From assembly GCF_000497125.1 (NCBI RefSeq), contig NC_090597.1, positions 1,003,797 through 1,067,796 on the forward strand: 64,000 nt of DNA, read 5' to 3'. Below the pieces are notes generated by a model. It saw only the letters and a list, made by a program, of their open reading frames with translations, made no database searches and was not told the DNA's origin. Shown piece after piece: positions 54,028-64,000 of the stretch; within the stretch, counting starts at the first letter, position 1, and the number at the start of each line of letters is the position of its first letter. The stretch is from Spironucleus salmonicida (Eukaryota). The position numbers and the translations under genes are program-made.

Positions 54028-54642
54028 ATGGAAGTCGTGTATTCGTTTGACGTACTGACGCCGCAGCCATTTGTGCCTTTGCCACGAGAAAACAGAGTTA
54101 AACGGGTGGATCTTGAAGGGTTCCAAAGTTTGTAGATTGAATATGACAAAATTACTTATCTTTCTCTGCATTTTGTTAATTAATTTGATTTCTAGTTTTT
54201 TTTAAATGTAAGGACAATTATAATTTAAGATTGCGAAATAAGTTATTTGCACAACATTCACAGATGTCAAATGTTAGAGTTTTTTATTGCTGGAGATAAT
54301 AAAAAACTAAGGGATGTTTTATTATTGCAGAGATGCTATAGATTACTTCATATTGACCTTTCTTACAATAATATTGGTTTTATTCCTAAATTCATTGATT
54401 TAGTCTCCTTTTATTATCGTGAAGATTTGAGAACAATGATAGTGATTCCTGATGTACCAATGAAAGGATTTCACGGCTAAAATATGGATCTAGATAAACA
54501 GTTACTAATAAGAAAAAACAGCAAATTACCAGATACTAATAGTTTATTATTATAGCTGCTAAATTTTAGTATTGACTCAGGCTAAATTATTTTGACAATT
54601 TTAGATATTTAAAGAGATATTAATGTGATACTCATCCAGTGA
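54028..54642 (+). CDS. Leucine-rich-repeat-like protein, 204 aa
   Basis: AAAAATG; joins track ORFs in the same frame; LxxLxLxxN-like segments (LLHIDLSYNNIGFI, LEFFIAGDNKKL); stop CAGTGA. Confidence 0.75.
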
Positions 54643-54773
54643 AAAACAAAATGATGTTTCTGTCATGTAAAATTACTTTTCTATTAATTCCATGGTAATT
54701 ATTTTACTTATATTTTCTTGTTTTAACATTATTTGGAGCTAACGTATAAATATGTAATGTATTCATTTTCAGA

Positions 54774-55208
54774 ATGATTATGACTAACTCTACAGTTCCT
54801 GCATAGGGACGTACCAGGCCCTAGATTAAATTAACTTCCCTAAAGCGTGCATATAGTCCATTAAGCAGGCCAAAACAAAGCTTTGCACAACCATAAAGAT
54901 AATGTAATAGTACCATTACTAGTATTTATAATGTATCCAGGTATAATGAAGTTAATTAAATTTTCGACTAACTTATGAACAAAATAAGCAGAAAAGATGA
55001 AGAAAAGCGTAAAGAGTATAACAAAACATTTTTTAAGTAGACTTCAATACTGGATAGACAAGTTAGTACCTATTAGACATTTTTAAAAGAAAATGATATA
55101 AAAGACATCAGATTTGGAGATTATGACATCAATGTTAACTGGAATGATGAACATGACATTAAATATGTGCATAATAATGAAAATGAAGAAGATAATTTAA
55201 TCGGCTGA
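54774..55208 (+). CDS. Hypothetical protein, 144 aa (in-frame upstream ATG at 54651 possible)
   Basis: Open frame MIMTNSTVPAQGRTRPQ...EEDNLIG*. Confidence 0.6.
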
Positions 55209-55521
55209 GTATTTTTGAATTTAACTATAATATATTATTATACATAATGTTAATTTTCACATTTTAAGAAATCAATTTTTAATAATACTTAATATTTTTA
55301 TCCATTAAATAGGTTTAAGTACAATCTAATTCTAACTTATGCCATATTACCATTAAATATCATAATATTTATTATAATTTACCATTTTATTAATCTCTAA
55401 TTTTTTTCACTACTTTCCACTCACAACTCACGAATTCCAAAACTGAGAATCCATTTAAAAATCCCAAACTTCATTTTTATACGGCTATTAACGCAATATC
55501 TTACCTTCCAAATCGCTAGAA

Positions 55522-55938
55522 ATGGAATTATTTCAGCAAATACAGCAAATCAACAAATAGAACCAAAAACAGGGCATCATCGTCACTAACAGCGGAGACG
55601 GCTTCCCGCACCTCAGCCCGGCGGTGGTGCACTTCTCCGAGGCCCGCAACCGCTTCGTCAGCACGGTCGGCGTCAAATCGGAGATCCGAAAGAACTTGAT
55701 AACGTCCCAGAAGGGGAGCCTCTGCATCGGTGACCAGTTTGCGCTCCCGAAGGCGTCACTTGCTGGCACTTTTGAGGTCCTTTCCTTTTCGAAGGCCGCG
55801 GCCGCCGAATTTGAGCTGACGAACACGGCAGAGGTGCAGAAGCAATTCCCGAACCAGGAGGATAGGGTGGTACTGGTGATGGAAACGCACCACATTTCGA
55901 TCAACAGGACCGGAATGTTGGAGCAAATTGACGTCTGA
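55522..55938 (+). CDS. Pyridoxamine 5'-phosphate oxidase-like (FMN-binding split barrel) protein, 138 aa
   Basis: GIIVTNSGDGFPHLSPAVV...STVGVKSEIRKNLITSQKGSLCI matches the aT..dG.Ph.sp / s.k.rNl...p..sl pattern of the PNPOx-like family. Confidence 0.75.
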
Positions 55939-55964
55939 GCGCCTTCGTTTCACTGTAAATCCAA

Positions 55965-57452
55965 TCACTCGGCGCCGTCAGTTTTGGCGTAAATGCTTTT
56001 TTCGCTCTCCGGCTCGCTGTCGAATTCGCAATCAAAATTCATTTTCCACTCCTTTTCCGAGTGTACGACCTGGAACTCAAGGCCGCCAAAATTTTTCAGG
56101 AGGCCCTCAAGCTCGCCGTTTCCGGCCATTTCCTGGAACTGCAGGAACGTTTTAACGTCGATTTTCAAGTTTACCTGTTGCGAGAAATCCTGCCCCTCCA
56201 ACGTCTAAATTAGCTTCGAAATGGACGTCGAAATCGGGCTCAGCTTCGCAGGGCACGTTCCAGGTCGATATTGCTACTCGACGAATTGGTAATCGAATTC
56301 ATTTTTCCACTCCTTTTTCGTTTTTTCTGTTTTCTGATTAATGGTTTTAGTTGATATTTAAAAGTAAAATTATTCTACGGTTAAACTTGAATTTTTCAAA
56401 CTTTCGTAAACGTCGACGTTCTTAAACTGCGTCAGATTCGCTGCAAATTCGGCCATTTTCAGGTGCTGAATGTCCAGAAAATCCTCAATTGAGTTGTTTT
56501 AGTTTTTCAGGAGCTGCAAATGACTGTTTTGCTCGTCCAAATTAACCCATTCGTTATCTAAAATAAGCTGTAGATTTTGATGTTTATGAGATAAATTATT
56601 ATATGTTAATAATGATTATTATATTTACATTTGCAGTTTTTCAAGTTTATCGTCGGCTTCGTTTTTCTTAATTTAGGAATCGTTTTTCTGTTATTGGATA
56701 GTTCTTATGCGCGCTTGCATAGCGATAAATTTTGGAAGAAACTGATTTTTTACTTGCTAAAGGTCGTTTTTAAGGCCGATTAATTGAGTTTCTAGTGTTT
56801 GAATTTCGTTGTGGGGAATTTAGTCGTTTATTGAGTTGATTATTTCAATATTTTCGTTGTGGATTTTGGAAATTGTGTTGTTTTCACTAGTAATGAGTTC
56901 GAGTTATGAGTTAATCTGAGATGTTAGGTGTTCTTGGTTCATATTATCTTATTAGATCTCTGAAAGCTGATACTGCGCGTTTTTTAGCATTTCTGTCAAC
57001 TGCGAATGCTGAGATTTGACGGTTAAAATTTATTTTTCAAAATATGCTTTTGGATCCTATATATTATCTAAATATGTTATCAATAGTTTTTATTTGTCGG
57101 CTTATTTGTCTAATTTTTTTTACAGCTGTAAGAGAATACCCTCTTTTTGGGCAACTAACCGACAGAGTTTCTGTAACTTGATGACATCTTGAGTATCCTG
57201 TGAGTGGCTTTATAGTTAGTCTAGAATTTAATGTAATTTTATATTATCTTACTAAAATTATAATGCTTGTCTTTGTGTATCTTTGAGCTATAGTTGTACT
57301 GGAATTGCCGTCTCTGGTAATACTCGGCTCATACCAGCTACGCTTACTAGGGGTTATAGAGGTGATTTCTCCAAAGTTATGGTTGGGGTCCTATTTTATC
57401 TTACATTTGGTCTATATTAAGAATGAATCTGCGAGGAAGAAATGTCTGTCAT
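55965..57452 (-). CDS. Coiled-coil hypothetical protein, 495 aa
   Basis: Read through without TGA from ATG 57452 (MTDISSSQ...) to GAGTGA; Gln/Leu-rich heptads; includes track ORF 55965-56201. Confidence 0.85.
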
Positions 57453-57605
57453 TGTGCGGTAGAGGAAATACTAATATTATTATATGTTAATAGATTAATT
57501 ATAAAAGGTATACAGTTAAGGTATAAATGTATAATATATTAAATATATAATATAGATATAGGAAAAATACGCGAGTGTTACTGAGAAATGTATATAAATC
57601 CACAA

Positions 57606-58232
57606 TCATTTCATAACTCCGAGTTTATCTGTAAATCTACCTTTAAAAATAACTCCACCTGAGCTAGGCCTAGGACCAAAGCTACTATAAATCGTATTAT
57701 AGGCACCTGGGCCTGGATTCTCGTTAATAACTCGAAATTTGCTTCTCCCTGATATGCTACATCCAGTTCCACTCATTGAACTAGTCATTTCATATGCTCC
57801 AGGTCCCGGTGTGTCTGATTTAATTGTCATCCTAGAACTTCTTCCTAGTGACGAGCTTGGCTTATCTTTTCCGAATTCTCTAGAAATTTGATACTAATTT
57901 GGTCCAGGAATATCATTTTTAAAGTACTAAGTATATCGGGAAGCTAAAGTTGCGGATGCTTGGGATGTCTACATAATAGGATCATATGCACCTGGCCCGG
58001 GTGTGATCTTGATTGGTTCAATTGATGATTTCGATGCAAAAGAAAATGCCGGTGGATTCTTCATTGTAAATTCGTTGTAAGGATCATATGCTCCAGGACC
58101 TGGTGTTACTTTAGGTGGCTTATTTATTGGCCTTGATTTAATTGTAGGTGGTATTACAGTTGATTCGAAAATAGAAGATGATGGATTATATGAGTTTGGG
58201 GCTGGGTTATCATTTGAGAATTTAAACATCAT
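57606..58232 (-). CDS. STPG/ODF3 (SHIPPO-1) PGPGxY-repeat protein, 208 aa
   Basis: Repeated TPGPGAYDP, IPGPNQY, TPGPGAYE, NPGPGAYN; track ORFs 57969 and 57606 join via TAG=Gln. Confidence 0.88.
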
Positions 58233-58527
58233 TTTTGCAATTTTGTAATATTTATAATTTATATTAAATAGTAATATTAAACTACACTTACTGCAGAAAA
58301 TTATACATATATAATATAAAATAATAATGGACATTTTAAATCAGATTGTTATATAAAGAATTTGTATCTAGATTAGTAATAAAACTTTTATCGTAGTTTA
58401 ATTAAATGTTTTTATTTAACAGTTCTAAAGATTCATAAAAATAGGAAAAATAAAGTAAAAATCTAAATAAATTATATTTTATATAAAGAAGAATTCAATA
58501 AATATTAAAATCAACTATTACTAAAAT

Positions 58528-58947
58528 TCAATCACTTATCTAATACAATTTAGGATTCGCCGACTTAGTATATTTATATAATACTGATTTGCAGCGTTTT
58601 ATCATTAGGTTATTAGTTGGTATTTTCTTAGGAGACTTAAACGTACCTGGACTATATGATCCTGGACCAGGGGTTTAAGTTTCATAATTAAATACTTCTC
58701 GTCTACCCACCGAAAATGAAGGTGCGACGTTTGATATTTTACTATAATCGGGATTATAATATCCAGGACCTAAGTCAGTCAGTGTGCTATATGTTTTTGT
58801 CTATAATCTGGGGAACTGGTGTCTAAGACTGTTTTAGGTAAGTCCATATAAATGTTGTGAATACTTTTAAGGTGACGGTGTTTCAGATTATTTTTAGGAA
58901 TAGTAGTTCATTATTCTGATAATTTAATAAACTCTATACTTATCCAT
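58528..58947 (-). CDS. Second STPG/ODF3-repeat protein, 139 aa
   Basis: ETPSPQKY, LGPGYYNP, APSFSVGRR and TPGPGSYSP in one open frame. Confidence 0.78.
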
Positions 58948-59357
58948 ATTTGTATTAATATAAACAAAAGTAAATTATTAATTCTTCATATATTACAATA
59001 TTTTATAGAATACTGAAAATAAAATTTAGAAATTTATATATAATTATCTCGTATATTATATAATATTAATTATCATTTTTTACGATATTATATAATATGT
59101 ATAACTCTAGAGTTAATTTAGCTTATTAATAACAAATATATGTAGATTTCATCGTAATTAAGAAATAATTATTTAGTATTACTATGAATAATATATTATT
59201 TATTTATTAAAAATAAAATAACTATTATCCTGAATAAACCACATTTCTAGTCATCTAATACTAATATCATCACATTATTAGCGTTATATCGTTTAGCATT
59301 ATATGCTTTTTACAATTATAACATTAATAATCTAATAGTTCTCCAATAAATATCCAT

Positions 59358-59684
59358 TCACTCAACAGTTTAACTATTTTCATAACTTAAACATAACATT
59401 TAATGCAAAGGCAACAAACTTATATAACATCCGGCTCCTATTCCTTAATCTTGTAAATTCTGTTAGTAGTTTAAAAAGTCTCCTTTCTAATTGCAAATCC
59501 CTACGCAATTTTGAGGTATTTTTAACTCTTACGATAATTCAGTCATGAAAGAGTCAACCTTCTTTGTAAAAAACTCATTATTAGTCGCTGGTATTATTCC
59601 TACTTTCTTATTAGGTAACATGATCATAAGAGATGTATTTTGAATTGGATGCATGTGATTGTGGAATGGAGAATAATATATCAT
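59358..59684 (-). CDS. Small protein with ubiquitin-like pattern, 108 aa
   Basis: LMIMLPNKKV...LKIPQNCVGICNQKGDFLNYQQNLQDQGIGAGCYISL resembles the Ubl G..L.....L.d.gI..g..i.L pattern; stop GAGTGA. Confidence 0.6.
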
Positions 59685-59781
59685 AATTTTATATATGAAG
59701 ATAGATATATTATTTCATGGTAAATAATATTATAATTAATTATTTTATACATACATTTCTAGAAATAAAAATAACTAGAAA

Positions 59782-61005
59782 TCATTTTATTATATCTTTA
59801 AGTCTATCTAATGAAATTTTTTAGTTGAAAAAATGAGGTACTTTATAACCTAATTTTTCAAAACTTTATCCATTCACAAGTAAACATTTTTCGGGAGTAT
59901 CTAATAAAGAAAGACAGTTAAGAGGGGTTCTTCCTGAGCGTTCATATTCTAGCATTAATAAATCTAAAGTTATACGTCTTTTGCTCTAATCTACCTCTAT
60001 ACCAGCAATACTAGTATACATTGCCTTAAGCTCAATGTCAAAATATCCAGATATTAAGCCTAATACACAACTTTCATAATTTTTATAACTATAACTCTTA
60101 TATAATGGCATGTTATCTATTTTATCAACGACAGTGAAATATACTGCTTGATTGTTTTGATAATAAGCACCTTTATTATTGTAATCATAATTAGGAACTG
60201 AAAATACAGTAATTACATTGTTTTCTTCCAAAAATCCATCTACCATACTATGGCCACGGAAAAGTTATTTTTTATCACTAAATAACAAAAAATTATTAAA
60301 CTTCGAGCCTATCCCTCGATTTTCATTAAATATAAAGCTTTCTATTTAATTTTTATTATAATCTGACCATAATAGGTCGGATAATGGATCTTCATTTGCA
60401 TTAATGATATCAATTTCTCTAAATCTATCAATTTATTGTAATTTTGAAATATGTATCTTACATGGACCTGCATGTACAAATACTGCTGATTTTGATTCAC
60501 AAGATAGTTATAAGCTATGAAATAAATCAACAAATGCATCGTAAAGCAAAATAACGTCGTCAATATTTTCATAATTCTATGTAGAATACTTAATTATCAG
60601 TTCAAGGTAAAACCCTCCAGCCTGAGATATTTATCTAGTTTCATGATTTCCTCTAAGTAATATAATATTATTCTTGTGCTCTAGCAAAAGAGAAAGCAGG
60701 ACAAACAATATTTCCACCCCAAAGAAGCCTCTATCAACATAATCACCAATAAACACATACCTTATATTTTAATCTAATTTACCCGGTATAACGTATTATA
60801 GTGATTGATACATGCCATGTAGATCTCCTATTACTCGATAATCATCATGGTCAAATCTTTCTACATTTGGAAGACTTTTAAGATAAACTGTTGACAATTC
60901 AACCAAATCAAGAAGTTATTAATACGGTATAACTGTTTTACCTAGTATAAGTTTTCTTATGTCATATTAGTTAACCCAATCTGTTATATAGTCAAACTGT
61001 TCCAT
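59782..61005 (-). CDS. Ser/Thr protein phosphatase, PPP family (calcineurin/PP2B-like), 407 aa
   Basis: GDLHG, GDYVDRG, LRGNHE, HAG, LLWSD, RGH and TVFSVPNYDYNNKG motifs in order. Confidence 0.92.
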
Positions 61006-61351
61006 TTTAAATAATAACTATAAACTATTATTAAATAAATTAGTTACTAAATGTCATTTATTAATTTATATAATTATATTAAAATTTATTATTATATACA
61101 ACTATTTGTAAATATTATTTACGTATTATATTTTATATAAAATAATATATTATATACATATCATTTGAAAGAGTAAACATTTTAACTTTTATAGTAATCA
61201 ACATGAGTATGTTAATATATTATATTATATAGTATTTTTTAAATCCATTTATACAATATTCTTATTTTACACACTAACTATACAAAAACTATTACTAGCA
61301 TATAGTTTTTACATATAATCGTTATTCATACAATTCAAATGATAAACTACC

Positions 61352-64000
61352 TCACTCTGCAATAATTTATCTCTCTCCATCCCAGTTGACCATTCTAGCA
61401 TCATTCTTAACTTTACCTTCGAGCTCAACATATCTAACCGCACTTTCCTGCGCATGCTTCTACAACCTCAACTCCAGTATCTCAATTCTGAAAATACTAT
61501 CTCTTATTTCGCTTAGAATCTTTTCCCTGTCGCTGATTTCTAGTTATTCGCTGCTTTTATTATAAACTGCCTTCTTTCTTCTTAAATTTTCTGTTTCACC
61601 CTCTAATCTACTTTAGATAATACTAGACCTTTCAACTAGTCTCATTCTCATCGCATCCATGCAATCATGAAGCACCTTCTTGCTAATCTCTACAGGTAAA
61701 ATTGCAACACTCTTGTATTCATCAGGAATGAATATATCAAGAAAGTCTGTTCCACTTTGCTAGTTTTCTATTTTCTGTATGGGAGTAATTCTCATGTTGA
61801 ATCTTGAATTCAAACCGTGATTTTATAGTGTATTCTTCGCCTAAATAAGATCCCTAGGAGTGAATTTAAGACCTTTAAGCGTCTAATTGAACAATTTTGT
61901 CTCCTAGTTTCTTTCTACTGAATCGACACTGTTAATTTTCCCCTAAAAGTCATTATAAATAACGCTATGAAGCAATTTTTCTCTAGAGCTGAGGAACACA
62001 AATTCCTCTGAAACTTTCAAAACAGAAGTCTGGGGTTCATTGTCAGCAAGCGGAACCTGCTAAAACGACTAAAATATCTTGTTATTAGTCGCATTTCCAA
62101 CAATTGACCCCAGCGGCTAGCGTATTTTCGACTTATTCACGTTCTCCGACTCCCGATTTTGCAACTATTTGGCCAGCCCAATATTCTATGTTGTCACTAT
62201 ATCACTAACGAAATCGTAAACATTGTTAAAATGACACATTCCGCTTTATTTGACAAATAAACGCTAAATAGACATCAAATCCGGATAGGTGTTATAATCC
62301 ACAATCCTGATCAGATTCTCTTCGAAATTGTATTGAATCTGTTCGTAGCGCTGCGGGTCACGCATGTTCATCTGCATGTACGAAACAGCGAGCTTCCCAC
62401 TGTCGTGCATGGGCAGAATCGGCAACTCACGCCTTTTGAGAAGTTTCAGATAGCTCAGAAGGCTGAATGAAGACGAATACTGATCTATCGCAAAGTAGTC
62501 GTAATAGTAGCCCTGCGCGTTCTACCGGAGTTCAGAATCGATATTTTCAAGCCGGTTGAGCGATGGATCAGTTGACGCGATGCCCTTCGGGAGCATCATA
62601 CCGGATTTTTGACTGAATAGCTCAATTAGGTCGGATTTCAAATGATGAGTAGTCTCCTTGCTGTTCTGCGCTTTGAGCGTCTGTGTGCGCTTCTTTAGCC
62701 AGAATTCGATGCCGATTCCAGTCTCCTGCTCCTGGTGCTCCTGCGACGCCTCGGACTCCGAAAAGCTCTTATTCAACTCCTTTTCGGGGAGCTCAAATCT
62801 CAGATTATCGTCCTCTTTCTCCTCCTTCTTCTCTAGGACGTCAGGGCACAGATTGTACGCCATGAGAAGCAGGTCCTCGTGGCGCTTTACGAGACTGCTA
62901 ACGCCCTGCTGGATGCTGTATTTCGGCGTAAAAACGCTAGCAATGTTGCTGCTGAAGAGCTGTTTGTTTGCTACGTAAATGTTGTAGCTGGCGAGCGTCA
63001 GGCTCGTTTCTAGCTCCTAAAACGTGTCCTGATTGACAATTTTGTCCTCATTCTCGATAAATGCGATTTTTGCGTTCTCTTTTTTGGGCTCCTGAGGCTC
63101 GTTTTCGGTGGTTTCTGTTAGTTCTGCCTGGCCTGCTATGAATTAGGCTTCTGCGTTCAAAATGATGTTTTTGCCTTCAATTAGGCGTCTACGCCTGCTT
63201 GTAACCGTTTTCTGGATTGAACCGAGGTCTCTGAACTTTTCAGTAAGCGAGGCTATGTTCACGACTTGGGAGTCAAATTGGCCTGAAATCGTGGTTGAAA
63301 GAGGGATTGTGATCGAATTTTCGGTGTCGACTGCGGAGTTGTAAATGAATTGCCTCTCAATTAATCCGTCAAGGCGCAGTAAATCGTAGAACTTTTGTAC
63401 TATGCTATTGTTATGCTGGGTTTAGCAACTTAAGAAATCTTCTCTTTTAGGATAAAATATCGTTTTTCTAACACCATTTTCATACAAATCATGGGAACTG
63501 AGGCCATCTTCGCGGGTATCGTTGAATATAAAACGATTGATCAAAAGCTTAGAATCTATAGGATATAGTGATTAAAATTTAATTTATTTAAGCTCTTCCT
63601 CTTCTGGAAGCTCGTCTAGGTCTTCACCGATAAAGCACCACATTGGGTATTCATTATCATTGAACTCAATGGTTTCGGTGTCAAATTTCGAAATAAGCTC
63701 ACCACCGTAGTTATTGCGCAAAAATTCATCCAAATTGGGTTCTATGTGAACGATTTTGTCATCAACTTCAAACTATTAAATTCTCATCACCATACCATCA
63801 ACACGACTTCTGAAAACAGATATTCTAGTTATAAACCAATGGGATATCTCATTTTTAATAATATCACCCTCATTATCACAAACTACTGTGTAAACAGGTC
63901 TAGGGCGCGATTGTACAATAGCAGCAACACCAGTTCTCTGTGAAAATGTGTTAAATAATCTGATAAAGCAATCTTTGTATAAAATTGTTTTTTCTGGTAC
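61352..64000 (-). CDS. DRC7: Dynein regulatory complex subunit 7 (CCDC135)-like, 5' truncated by window edge
   Basis: C-terminus DFLDIFIP...CMDAMRMRLVERSSIIQSRLEGE...FRIEILELRLQKHAQESAVRYVELEGKVKNDARM matches the DRC7 C-terminal pattern; RxDG[LM] motifs upstream; same frame as track ORF 62522; stop GAGTGA. The middle was not checked at every codon. Confidence 0.8.

Noticed and set aside
53560-54135. 191-aa plus-strand track ORF
   Set aside because: Its first part is antisense to the histone-fold gene; only the part from ATG 54028 belongs to the LRR-like gene.
63787-63852. AAAAATG at 63852 as start of the last gene
   Set aside because: That frame stops after 21 codons; the DRC7 frame is different and runs off the window edge.
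1-64000. tRNA or rRNA genes
   Set aside because: No cloverleaf with T-loop/D-loop consensus and no rRNA signature recognised by eye; tRNAscan-SE and Infernal would confirm.

Overview
Eukaryotic, intron-poor DNA that only makes sense if TAA/TAG encode Gln and TGA is the sole stop (translation table 6). The supplied standard-code ORF track therefore fragments almost every gene. The code, the cysteine-rich membrane protein (CRMP) family and AGTGA motifs overlapping stop codons point to a hexamitid diplomonad, most likely Spironucleus (salmonicida-like). The window has three parts. (1) 1-37 kb is an accessory surface-antigen region: six intact CRMP genes, two with a single lesion each, decayed CRMP relics, mosaic CRMPs, and a ~133-bp inverted repeat pair enclosing one mosaic CRMP. 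It also holds a ~1650-aa orphan with Walker A/B, sensor-1 and Arg-finger-like motifs, resembling Crinkler/RHS-type NTPase-nuclease effectors. (2) 37.4-52.1 kb is a nearly perfect tandem array (2199-bp unit) of a 515-aa type I membrane protein gene: six full copies plus a chimeric seventh. (3) 52-64 kb is a gene-dense housekeeping block: NF-YB/POLE3-like histone fold, LRR protein, PNPOx-like protein, coiled-coil protein, two STPG/ODF3-repeat proteins, a ubiquitin-like protein, a calcineurin-like phosphatase and the 3' part of DRC7/CCDC135. All translations and alignments were done by eye; no database search was run.
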